Part shown: one piece after another, positions 9,668 through 18,622 of the stretch | How the letters are laid out: each line of letters opens with the position of its first letter | Position numbering within the stretch: the first letter of the stretch is position 1 | Assembly (NCBI GenBank): GCA_003577245.1 | Contig: QEVS01000003.1 | Coordinates: 52,300 to 116,299, forward strand | Length of the DNA stretch: 64,000 nt | Source: a bacterium | GTDB taxonomy: Bacteria > Chloroflexota > Dehalococcoidia > Tepidiformales > Tepidiformaceae | Direction: 5' to 3' | Position numbers and translations under genes: made by a program | The notes under the pieces: generated by a model | Told to the model about the DNA's origin: nothing | Database searches by the model: none | The model's input: only the letters and a program-made list of their open reading frames with translations

Positions 9668-9749
9668 GCCACAAGCGTAAGGTCCCAGCAGACAATCGCA
9701 AAAGGCGGCGTGTTTCCCTCCTGCCGTGCCGCGGGCGATACTCCACGGC

Positions 9750-10412
9750 ATGATTACGCACATTCGCGGGCGCCTGGCGCGAATGGACCTCTCGGTACCC
9801 TCGGTCGAGGTCGATGTCGCGGGCGTCCGTTACGAAGTCCTGGTCCCTCTCTTCGCCTGGCCGGAGATCCAGGAGCTCGTGGGTGAATCGGACCTGTCGG
9901 ACGAAGCCGGGCAGCCAGAGGTTGGCCTTCACATCTACTACTCCGCCAGCGCCAACCAGCCCGTACCTGTCCTCGTCGGCTTTCTGCGCCGCGCCGAGCG
10001 CGACTTCTTCCGCAAGTTCACAACTGTCGAGGGCATCGGCCCGGCGAAGGGCGTCAAGGCGCTGACCATGAGCGTCAGCACCATCGCCCGCGCCATCGAG
10101 CAGGAGGACCGTGCAACCCTGACGCGGCTCCCCGGAATCGGGCCGCGTGCCGCCGACAAGGTAATCGCCTCTCTCCGGGGGAAGCTCGTTGCCGAAGCTG
10201 CTCTCCAGGATGGCGCCATCGCCCGCCCCGTCGACCCCGCGCATCTCGAACAGAACCGCGTCTTCGAAGATGCCGTGGAGGCGGTCGCCGCACTCGGCTA
10301 TCCCCGCAACCAGTCGAAGCAGTGGGTCGAAGAAGCCCGCGCCGCCGACCCATCGCTGGCCACCGTCGAAGACCTCACCCTTGCAGTGCTTCGCCGGCGC
10401 GATTCACGGTAA
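9750..10412 (+). CDS. ruvA: Holliday junction DNA helicase subunit RuvA
   Basis: MITHIRGRL...VEVDVAGVRYEV OB-fold start, HhH region LTRLPGIGPRAADKVI and a C-terminal domain III. Confidence 0.9.
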   Translation: MITHIRGRLARMDLSVPSVEVDVAGVRYEVLVPLFAWPEIQELVGESDLSDEAGQPEVGLHIYYSASANQPVPVLVGFLRRAERDFFRKFTTVEGIGPAKGVKALTMSVSTIARAIEQEDRATLTRLPGIGPRAADKVIASLRGKLVAEAALQDGAIARPVDPAHLEQNRVFEDAVEAVAALGYPRNQSKQWVEEARAADPSLATVEDLTLAVLRRRDSR

Positions 10413-10466
10413 AGTCCTTCCGCTCCTGCGTTCGCGGCTGCGCTGCATCCGCCCTACGATGGGAGC

Positions 10467-11405
10467 ATGCCAGATGACCCGGTCACTACCGGTTCCGTCC
10501 CTGAACCCGCCAGCTCCTCCGCCAACGCGGCCGGCGAGCCTTTGATGCAACTCCCACCGCCGTCAATTCCGCGCAGCCGTTCCGCTGGCCAGCCGCTGTG
10601 GACCTTCTTCCTGACCCCGGCCGCTGTGCTGCTGGGCTCCCTCGTCATCGCCGCCGCCGTCTGGTTTGCCAGCGATGACGAGGGAGGAAGCGCCACCTCC
10701 GGGGTACTCGCTGCTCCCGGTGGCGCGAGCAGCCCTGCACCTGCCGTCACGGGCACCACCGCGGCCGGCAACAGCACCCCTACGGACGTTCTCGATGCCT
10801 TCCTGGGCTACGCTGGCCAGCTCAGCCTCAACCAGGAGGCATTCAAGCAGTGCCTCGGCGATACGGAAAGCGCAGCAGTCATCAACACGCACCTGCAGCG
10901 TGGCTCCCAGCTGGGCGTGAATGGGACCCCAACGTTCTTCATCAACAACAAGAAGATCGTCGGCGCACAGCCATCCGCCGTCTTCGATGAGGTGATCGCC
11001 GCGGAGCTCAAAGGGAGCCCCACCTCGCTCGACGGCTACTCCGCCACCATCAAGCAGCTGGCGGCAAGCAACCCGCCCCGCTTCGAGATCGTGGCCTCAA
11101 AGGTCGATGTCTCCGATGCCTTCATCGAAGGCAACCCCGCCGCCAGGGTCATGATTGCCGAATTCAGCGACTTCCAGTGCCCCTTCTGCAAGCAATGGGT
11201 CGACGCGACCCTGAAGCGGACCCGGGCTCAGCTCGGAAACGACGTGGCCCTGGCCTTCCTCCATTTCCCAATCGTGCAAATCCACCCCAACGCCGGGAAG
11301 GCCAGCCTTGCCGCCGTCTGCGCTGGGGAACAGGGCAAGTTCTCGCAAATGCACGACATCCTTTTCAGCCGGCAGAATGAATGGGCGAAGCTGCCCTCTA
11401 ACTGA
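10467..11405 (+). CDS. membrane-anchored DsbA-like thiol:disulfide oxidoreductase (apparently circularly permuted)
   Basis: N-terminal TM segment. GVNGTPTFFINNKKIVG (normally the C-terminal part of the fold) comes before the AEFSDFQCPFCKQW active site (normally the N-terminal part). Confidence 0.75.
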   Translation: MPDDPVTTGSVPEPASSSANAAGEPLMQLPPPSIPRSRSAGQPLWTFFLTPAAVLLGSLVIAAAVWFASDDEGGSATSGVLAAPGGASSPAPAVTGTTAAGNSTPTDVLDAFLGYAGQLSLNQEAFKQCLGDTESAAVINTHLQRGSQLGVNGTPTFFINNKKIVGAQPSAVFDEVIAAELKGSPTSLDGYSATIKQLAASNPPRFEIVASKVDVSDAFIEGNPAARVMIAEFSDFQCPFCKQWVDATLKRTRAQLGNDVALAFLHFPIVQIHPNAGKASLAAVCAGEQGKFSQMHDILFSRQNEWAKLPSN

Positions 11406-11416
11406 GCGGGCTGCCC

Positions 11417-11977
11417 GTGCCCTGCATGGAGGCCACATTGGAACGCTGGGAAATCGAGGCGAAGCTCAACCGCGACCGCGCCTGGCTGCTCGAGACCTAC
11501 GCCGCGCTGAGCGCTGACGACCTCTTCCGGCCCTGCACGCCGAGTGAGCACGACCCCGCCACCATGTGGAGCGCCGCCGACCATCTCGCCCACCTCGCCG
11601 GAATCGAAGGCAGCTTCACCCGCATGATCCGCGACTTCCTCGGGGGCAGCCGCGACCCGATCGCCTTCTACAAGAACGCAGACGGCAGCGCCCGCACCGC
11701 CGAACAGGCCATGGCGGCCGTCCACGAGATGACCGAAGCCTGGGTCCGGCAACACCGGGGCAAGCCCTTCAGCGCCATCGTCGCGCTCGGGCAGGAAGCG
11801 CGCGCCGAGACACTGGCCCTCCTCGCCAGCCTCACCGGCGAGCAGCTCGCCCTGAAGCTGCCCGAAGCACCCTGGGCCGATGGCTCGATAGGCGGCGTGC
11901 TCGCAGTGAATGCCGACCACGGCCGCATGCACTACCGCTGGGTGAAAGAAGGCTGGGAGAGTTCGCGGGACGCCTGA
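11417..11977 (+). CDS. DinB/YfiT-like four-helix-bundle family protein
   Basis: The AADHLAHLAG and NADHGRMHYRW His motifs are typical of the DinB_2/MDMPI_N superfamily. Confidence 0.7.
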   Translation: MPCMEATLERWEIEAKLNRDRAWLLETYAALSADDLFRPCTPSEHDPATMWSAADHLAHLAGIEGSFTRMIRDFLGGSRDPIAFYKNADGSARTAEQAMAAVHEMTEAWVRQHRGKPFSAIVALGQEARAETLALLASLTGEQLALKLPEAPWADGSIGGVLAVNADHGRMHYRWVKEGWESSRDA

Positions 11978-11989
11978 CTCGCGTACGTG

Positions 11990-12421
11990 CTAGGAGCCGG
12001 CCGCCGGGCCGAGTCCCTCGCCCTGGCCTAGCCTCTCCAGGATGTGCCTCACAATTCGCCCGGTGCGGTCCATCCCCGCGCTGCAATGCACCAGCACCGG
12101 CTTGGGCAGCTGCAAGAACGCCTCCCACGCCTCCTCGTACTGCTCCGGCCGGAAGGGGACGGTCATCTGGTCAAAGGCGGGCACGTGGGCTACTTCCAGT
12201 CCCGCCTCGCGGTAGCAGGTCAGGAGGCCCTGCGGCAGCTCCCGGTGGTAAAGGGGCAACTGGTCGTCGTGGATGAGGCAGATGATTGACGCGATCCCGA
12301 AGTCGATTGACTCCCGCACCCACTCGTTCACCACGTCCCGGGGCACGTGCATCTCCGGTCCGGGCGCGTATCCCGGCCTTGGGCTGGTCGCAAGCAGCCC
12401 GTCGATCACCCAGTTCGGCAT
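11990..12421 (-). CDS. dual-specificity / tyrosine protein phosphatase
   Basis: Signature VLVHCSAGMDRTGRI (HCxxGxxRT P-loop). Confidence 0.8.
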   Translation of the reverse strand: MPNWVIDGLLATSPRPGYAPGPEMHVPRDVVNEWVRESIDFGIASIICLIHDDQLPLYHRELPQGLLTCYREAGLEVAHVPAFDQMTVPFRPEQYEEAWEAFLQLPKPVLVHCSAGMDRTGRIVRHILERLGQGEGLGPAAGS

Positions 12422-12564
12422 AGTGGTCTCAGTCTAGCGGATTCCGTTTTCGCGGTCGCCCGTAAGCGGGACACGGCAAGCGTCAACAGTCACTTTACGC
12501 ATGGCCCTTTCGGAAAAGCGGGCGCGCCGTAGAATACTGCTTCACTACCGGCTTGGAGGCGTAC

Positions 12565-13836
12565 TTGGCCGCTACGTGGCAAGTCACCACGCTGCCAAAC
12601 AGGCTCAGGATCATCACAACCCCGCTGCCGGCGACACAGGCCGTCTCGGTCAACCTGTTCGTGGGTGTGGGCTCCCGCTCTGAGCCCCGGCGCCTGAACG
12701 GCATCACTCACTTCCTCGAGCACATGGTGTTCAAAGGCACCGAAAGACGGCCCGATGCCGTGCTCATTGCCCAGGAGATCGAAGGCGCGGGCGGTACCCT
12801 GAACGCCTATACCAACAAGGAGTTCACCTGCTACTGGAATATCGTCCCCTTTGACCGCTTTGAGACGGCCCTCGACGTGGCCGCGGACATGCTCCTCAAC
12901 TCCCGCCTCGAACAGGAGGAGATAGACCGCGAGCGCACCGTTGTCCAGCAGGAGTTGAAGCGCAACCGTGACAATCCCGGCGCCTGGGCCGGGCGCCTCA
13001 TCGGTACGGCGGTCTATGGCGAACAGCCCCCCGGCTGGGACGTCGGCGGTTCCGTCGAGCTCGTTGAAGACATGCGTCGCCCCGACTTCATTGACCACAT
13101 CGGCCAGTGGTACCGGCCCTCGAACATCGTCCTCTCCGTCGCAGGAAATGTGAGCCACGAACAGGTTGTCGCGCAGGCCGAACCACTCTTCCGCGACCTC
13201 GAGGATGGCCCCATCCCGGCAGTCACCCCCTACGACGCCACCATCACCGGCCCGCGCGTCGCCATCGATAGCAGGCCCATCGACCAGTGCACCATGTTCC
13301 TGGGCTTTCCCATCTTCGGCCGGAACGACCCCGACCGGTACGCGCTCCGTGTGATGAACGACGTCCTCGGCGCCGGCATGTCCTCCCGCCTCTTCCGCGA
13401 AGTGCGGGAGCGCCGCGGGCTCGCCTACTCCGTAAGTTCAGGCTACGGCTACCTTGCCGATGCCGGGGTCTTCACCATCTCCGCCGGCGTCAACCGCGAC
13501 AAGCTCTCCGAGACCATTGGCGTATGCCTGTCTGAGGCCACCCGGCTGACCGAAGAAATCGTTCCCCCCGACGAGCTTCGTAAGGCCAAGGATCACAACA
13601 TCGGCCGTTTCCGCCTCTCTCTCGAAACCGCGCATTCGCTTGGTCAGCGCCATGGGGAGCTCCTCCTCACGAAAGACGCCGTCGAGTCCATCGATACCGT
13701 GGTCGAACAGATCGAAGCCATCACCGCCGAGGACGTTCGCGCTGTCGCTGGCCGTCTCCTGAGACCCGGGCAGGCGCATTGCGCCGTGGTGGGGCCCGAC
13801 CTGGACGAGGACGAGATCGCGCGCGCCCTCGGCTAA
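12565..13836 (+). CDS. M16 (pitrilysin/insulinase) family zinc peptidase
   Basis: Inverted zincin motif HFLEHMVFKGT. GGAGG at 12555 favours TTG 12565 over TTG 12553, so the start is uncertain by 12 nt. Confidence 0.85.
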   Translation: MAATWQVTTLPNRLRIITTPLPATQAVSVNLFVGVGSRSEPRRLNGITHFLEHMVFKGTERRPDAVLIAQEIEGAGGTLNAYTNKEFTCYWNIVPFDRFETALDVAADMLLNSRLEQEEIDRERTVVQQELKRNRDNPGAWAGRLIGTAVYGEQPPGWDVGGSVELVEDMRRPDFIDHIGQWYRPSNIVLSVAGNVSHEQVVAQAEPLFRDLEDGPIPAVTPYDATITGPRVAIDSRPIDQCTMFLGFPIFGRNDPDRYALRVMNDVLGAGMSSRLFREVRERRGLAYSVSSGYGYLADAGVFTISAGVNRDKLSETIGVCLSEATRLTEEIVPPDELRKAKDHNIGRFRLSLETAHSLGQRHGELLLTKDAVESIDTVVEQIEAITAEDVRAVAGRLLRPGQAHCAVVGPDLDEDEIARALG

Positions 13837-15398
13837 CCCTTTGCCCCGGGAACGCGGCCGTATGTGACCGCCAGGTCGCGAAGCCACGTCATCCGGCCTT
13901 CGTCGATCTGCTCGGCCCGGAACCGCCATCCCCAGTTGCCCATGGCCTGGCCCGGCACGTTCATGCGCGCCTCGCTCCCCAGTCGCAGCACGTCCTGCAT
14001 GGGCACAACTGCCATCTCCGCCACTGATGCGTACGCCACCCTTATCAGGTCGCTGACGATGTCGCTTCCATCCGTGGCAACGTAATGGTGCAGCCGGTCC
14101 CGCTCCCCGGGCGCCAGGGACGCATACCAGCCGGCAGTCGTGTCGTTGTCGTGCGTGCCCGTGTAGACAACGCTGTTGGCGGCGTAATTGTGCGGAAGGT
14201 ACGGGTTGCGCGAGTCATCGCCGAAGGCGAACTGCAGCACCTTCATCCCCGGGTACCCAAGGCTGTCCCGCAGTGCCCTCACCTTTCGCGTGATGACCCC
14301 CAGGTCCTCAATCACCAGCGGCAGCTTGCCAAGCGCTTCCTCTGCCTTGTCGAAGAAATCGCGGCCGGGACCCGGGACCCAGCGACCGTTCATCGCCGTC
14401 TCTTCTTGGGCCGGAACCTCCCAGGCCGCCTCGAACCCGCGGAAGTGGTCTATGCGGAGCAGGTCTACCAGGCCCAGGGTGTGCCGCAGCCGCTCAATCC
14501 ACCAGCCATACCCGTCATCCTTCAACACATCCCAGCGATAGTGCGGGTTTCCCCAGCGCTGGCCCGTGGCGGCGAACGCATCGGGTGGCACACCCGCGAC
14601 CACCTCGGGCCGGCCGCCTGGCCCGAGCTTGAAGATCCACTGGTTCGCCCATACGTCGGCACTGTCGAGCGCCACGAAGATCGGGATGTCGCCGAAGATC
14701 CTGACGCCCAGGCGGGTGCAGTGCTCCTTGAGTCCGTGCCACTGCCGCCAGAAGGCCCACTGCAGGAACTCGTGATAAGCGACCTCTTCCCGGAGCCGGT
14801 CGCGCGCGCCTGCAAGCGCTCGGGGGTCGCGCGACGCAAGCTCGGGCGGCCACTCCAGCCACGAACGCGCGGCGCGGCTTCGGACCGCCATGTAGAGGGC
14901 GTAGTCCTGCAACCAGCCCGCCGATCGCGCGAAGAACTCGTTCGCACCAGGCGCACAGCCCCTGTCAAAGCGTTCGAACGCCCTCCGGAAGAGGCCCTCC
15001 TTCCACCTTTCCACCGCGTCGAAGTCAACCCTGTCGCCCGGCGATGGAGGGGCGCCTTCAAGGTCCGCGGCCTCGGCCAGCCCGTCTGCAGCGAGCATCT
15101 CGGGCGAGATCAGCAGCGGAGAGCCGGCAAACGACGAGCGCGCGGCGTAGGGTGAGTTCCCCGGCCCCGTGGGTCCGAGCGGCATCACCTGCCAGAGGCG
15201 CTGCCCGCTCCTGCTCAGAAGCTCGGCAAAACGGTGCGCTTCGGGACCGATGTCTCCGATGCCGAACCGCCCCGGCAGCGATGCCGGGTGCAGCAGCACC
15301 CCCGCCGAACGTTCCGGCCAGGGCAGGTCTTCCGACTCGGGGTTGCCTTCGCCCGCGGACACCTGTTGAGCATATTCGGGCCGCGGTGACCGGGCCAT
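13833..15398 (-). CDS. malQ: 4-alpha-glucanotransferase (amylomaltase, GH77)
   Basis: RSAGVLLHPASLPGRFGIGDIG start, then IDHFRGF and TGTHDNDT motifs. Confidence 0.9.
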   Translation of the reverse strand: MARSPRPEYAQQVSAGEGNPESEDLPWPERSAGVLLHPASLPGRFGIGDIGPEAHRFAELLSRSGQRLWQVMPLGPTGPGNSPYAARSSFAGSPLLISPEMLAADGLAEAADLEGAPPSPGDRVDFDAVERWKEGLFRRAFERFDRGCAPGANEFFARSAGWLQDYALYMAVRSRAARSWLEWPPELASRDPRALAGARDRLREEVAYHEFLQWAFWRQWHGLKEHCTRLGVRIFGDIPIFVALDSADVWANQWIFKLGPGGRPEVVAGVPPDAFAATGQRWGNPHYRWDVLKDDGYGWWIERLRHTLGLVDLLRIDHFRGFEAAWEVPAQEETAMNGRWVPGPGRDFFDKAEEALGKLPLVIEDLGVITRKVRALRDSLGYPGMKVLQFAFGDDSRNPYLPHNYAANSVVYTGTHDNDTTAGWYASLAPGERDRLHHYVATDGSDIVSDLIRVAYASVAEMAVVPMQDVLRLGSEARMNVPGQAMGNWGWRFRAEQIDEGRMTWLRDLAVTYGRVPGAKG

Positions 15399-15413
15399 TC
15401 CTCGCCCTGTGTG

Positions 15414-17618
15414 CTAGAGCAGAACCTCGTAGGCGGCCCTCAATTCGCCGATCGCCACGTCAATTGGCCCCAGGCGCATCCTCCGCTCCTCGGTCGTGGT
15501 CCCGAGCTTCGACACCGGCACGGAAAGCTCCCTGGCCATTGCCACCAGCCGGCTCGCCGCACCGGGCCGCACGCTCACGACAATGCGCCCCTGGGCCTCG
15601 CCGAAGAGCGCCGCATCCAGCCGGCCCCTCACCTCGCAATCACCCTTGAAGCCCACGTCGCCGAGAAGGCACGCCTCGGCCAGGGCCACCGCCAGCCCGC
15701 CATCGGCGCAGTCGTGGGCGCTGAGCAGCAGCCCCTCCCCGTTTGCGTTCAGGACCAGCCGGTGGAGACGTTGTTCCGCCTCAAGGTCGATCGAGGGCAG
15801 GCCCGCCACTCTCCCGTGTGCGGCCTCCAGGTACTCGCTCCCGCCCAGCGTGGCGGCGTCCTGGTCCAAGGTCGCTCCCAGCAGCCATGCCTCCGCGCCG
15901 GGCCGTCCGAACGCCGCGCGGAGATGCTTCGTCACATCCTCCAGCAAGCCCAGCATTCCCACCACGGGCGTCGGATACACCGGCCGGCCGGCCGTCTCGT
16001 TGTACAGGCTCACGTTGCCGCTCACCACGGGCGTCCCGAAGACGGAGCAAGCCTCCGCTATCCCCCGGATGCAGTGCTCCAGCGTGTAGTAGACATCCGG
16101 CTTCTCCGGGTTGCCGAAGTTCAGGCAGTCGGTAACCGCCACCGGCGTGGCGCCCGTGCAGACGACGTTGCGCGCTGCCTCCGCCACCGCTGCGGCCCCG
16201 CCCGTGAACGGGTCCAGGTAGCAGAGCCTCCCGTTGCAGTCGGTCTTGAGCGCGATCCCGCGGCTGGTGTTCGCAATTCGCAGAACGGCCGCGTCGCCCC
16301 CGGGTTGCACCACCGTGTTTCCCAGCACCTGCTGGTCGTACTGGCGGAACACCCCGCGCTTGCTCGCGATGTTGGGCCGCGCAAGCAGCCGGAGCAGCAC
16401 CGCGGAGGCGTCCGCTGGCGCAAGGTCTGGCAGCGTTGCCGGGTCGAACCGGTTCACCTCCTCCAGTTCGGCCGGGCGAATCCCCTGCCGGCGGTACTGG
16501 GGCGGGTCGGTCGCTATCTCCACCGGTACCCTCGCCACCTCAACCCCGCCGTCGCGCACCACTACCTCGTTCCCGCCGGTGACCTGCCCAATCTCCTCGC
16601 AGTGGAGCTCCCAGCGCCGGAATAGCTCCTCCACCTCGGGCACGCACTCGCGCCGGGCGATCACCAGCATCCGCTCCTGGCTTTCGCTCAGCATCACTTC
16701 GTAAGGGGTCATCCCCTCCTCGCGGCGGGGAACCTTCGAAAGCTCCAGCTCTGCTCCGGAGCCCCCCTTCGCACAGCACTCCACCACCGAGCTGGTCAGG
16801 CCCGCCGCACCAAGGTCCTGCAGCCCCACGATCCATTCCCGGTGCTCCGAGGCCAGCTCGAAGCAGGCCTCCATGAGCAGCTTCTCCATGAACGGGTTCC
16901 CTACCTGCACGGCCGGGCGCATCTCCTCGAAGCGCGCCTCCGGGTCGGTGCGGCTGGCGAGGCCGCTCGCCCCGTGGATGCCGTCGCGGCCCGTGTCGGC
17001 CCCCACCAGCAGCAGCGCATTCCCGGCGCCGGTCGCCCGGGCACTGGCCAGCTTCGCCGTCTCGGCCACCCCCACGCACATTGCGTTCACCAGGGGATTG
17101 CCGCTGTACTCCTCCGCGAATAGCACCTCGCCGCCCACGTTGGGAATGCCCAGGCAGTTGCCATAACCACCGACACCGCCCACAACGTGCTCGAACAGGT
17201 AGCGGTTCTGCGCCTCCTCGAGTGGCCCGAAGCGGAGCGAATCAAGGATCGCAACCGGGTACGCTCCCATGGCGAAGATGTCCCGCACGATGCCGCCCAC
17301 CCCCGTCGCCGCGCCCTGGTAAGGCTCAATCGCGGACGGGTGGTTGTGCGATTCCACCTTCATCACCACGCACAGCCCGTCGCCGATATCGATTGCCCCT
17401 GCGTTCTCCGCGCCGATCTTGGTGAGGACCCGGTCGCTTCCCGTTGGGAAGATGCTCAGCAGCGGCTTGCTGTTCTTGTAGCCGCAATGCTCGCTCCACA
17501 ACGACCCGAACATCCCCAGCTCCACCGCGTTCGGTTCGCGTCCGAGCCGCTCGCAGAGCAGGTCATACTCAGCGCGGCTGAGCGCAACGGCATCGAGGGC
17601 TTCCTGGCCGGCGGGCAT
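15414..17618 (-). CDS. purL: phosphoribosylformylglycinamidine synthase subunit PurL
   Basis: FGSLWSEHCGYKNSK, VESHNHPSAIEP, and a duplicated AIR-synthase-like architecture. Confidence 0.95.
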   Translation of the reverse strand: MPAGQEALDAVALSRAEYDLLCERLGREPNAVELGMFGSLWSEHCGYKNSKPLLSIFPTGSDRVLTKIGAENAGAIDIGDGLCVVMKVESHNHPSAIEPYQGAATGVGGIVRDIFAMGAYPVAILDSLRFGPLEEAQNRYLFEHVVGGVGGYGNCLGIPNVGGEVLFAEEYSGNPLVNAMCVGVAETAKLASARATGAGNALLLVGADTGRDGIHGASGLASRTDPEARFEEMRPAVQVGNPFMEKLLMEACFELASEHREWIVGLQDLGAAGLTSSVVECCAKGGSGAELELSKVPRREEGMTPYEVMLSESQERMLVIARRECVPEVEELFRRWELHCEEIGQVTGGNEVVVRDGGVEVARVPVEIATDPPQYRRQGIRPAELEEVNRFDPATLPDLAPADASAVLLRLLARPNIASKRGVFRQYDQQVLGNTVVQPGGDAAVLRIANTSRGIALKTDCNGRLCYLDPFTGGAAAVAEAARNVVCTGATPVAVTDCLNFGNPEKPDVYYTLEHCIRGIAEACSVFGTPVVSGNVSLYNETAGRPVYPTPVVGMLGLLEDVTKHLRAAFGRPGAEAWLLGATLDQDAATLGGSEYLEAAHGRVAGLPSIDLEAEQRLHRLVLNANGEGLLLSAHDCADGGLAVALAEACLLGDVGFKGDCEVRGRLDAALFGEAQGRIVVSVRPGAASRLVAMARELSVPVSKLGTTTEERRMRLGPIDVAIGELRAAYEVLL

Positions 17619-17717
17619 GCCCCTAGCGTACAGGCGCTCCTGCGCACGGACGAGTGAGTATCTCGCCGCCCGCGCCCTTCATCGCGTACAGTGCGGCCAC
17701 ATCCCCGGAGGCGCCCA

Positions 17718-18545
17718 ATGGAACTGCACGATGTCCTCTACGAAGCAGACGGCGGCGTTGCCCGCATCACCCTCAACCGCCCGCAGTACCGCAACGCGCA
17801 AAGCTACCGTCTGCTCGACGAGCTGGACGTAGCCCTCGATCGCGCCATGGATGACCGGGCCGTAAAGGTGGTGATTGTGACTGGCGCCGGCGACCACTTC
17901 TCGTCCGGCCACGACCTCGGCACCCCCGAGTCACTGGAGGATCGACAGGCGCGCGGTATCCCCGAGTCCGGCATCGAGTATTACGACGCCTTCCGCAAGT
18001 ACAACTACGACCTCACGCATAAATGGCGGAACCTTCCCAGGCCCACAATCGCCATGGTGCGCGGCTACTGCATCTACGGAGGCTGGATGATCGCCTCCGC
18101 CATGGACCTCGTCTTCGCCTCTGAAGATGCGCTCTTCCTGGCCGGCCTCTTCGAGTACTTCTCAGTTCCCTGGGATCTCGGGCCGCGAAAGACCAAGGAG
18201 CTCCTCTTCGAAAGCCGGTTCATCACGGCCACGGAAGCCCACGATTTGGGCTTCGTCAATCGCGTCTACAGCAGCGATGATCTCGAACGCGAGACCGTCG
18301 CCTACGCCCGGCGTGTGGCCGAGAACGGCCACGTCCCCCTTCGTATGGCCAAGCTCTCGGTGAACAAGGCCATGGATATGCAGGGCTACAGCAGCTTTGT
18401 CGAGGCGGCCTTTGCCGACTACCTCGTCCAGTCGACACAGCGCGGCGTGGCCCGCACCGAGGGCGAGCGCCGCCTCAATGGCGTCGACCTCGCACTCAGG
18501 CACCTTCGTGGTCAGCGCGCCGGCCAGCCCGGTGGGGGCGCATAG
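17718..18545 (+). CDS. enoyl-CoA hydratase/isomerase (crotonase) family protein
   Basis: VARITLNRPQYRNA and TGAGDHFSSGHDL oxyanion-hole region. Start at ATG 17718 (MELHDV). Confidence 0.85.
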   Translation: MELHDVLYEADGGVARITLNRPQYRNAQSYRLLDELDVALDRAMDDRAVKVVIVTGAGDHFSSGHDLGTPESLEDRQARGIPESGIEYYDAFRKYNYDLTHKWRNLPRPTIAMVRGYCIYGGWMIASAMDLVFASEDALFLAGLFEYFSVPWDLGPRKTKELLFESRFITATEAHDLGFVNRVYSSDDLERETVAYARRVAENGHVPLRMAKLSVNKAMDMQGYSSFVEAAFADYLVQSTQRGVARTEGERRLNGVDLALRHLRGQRAGQPGGGA

Positions 18546-18622
18546 CCCCGGTTCCCTTCCCGCCAGCCCTCCCCGATAATCCCGGAAACCCCGGGGAGCG
18601 CGGGGTGCGAAAGGTGTTGCAC

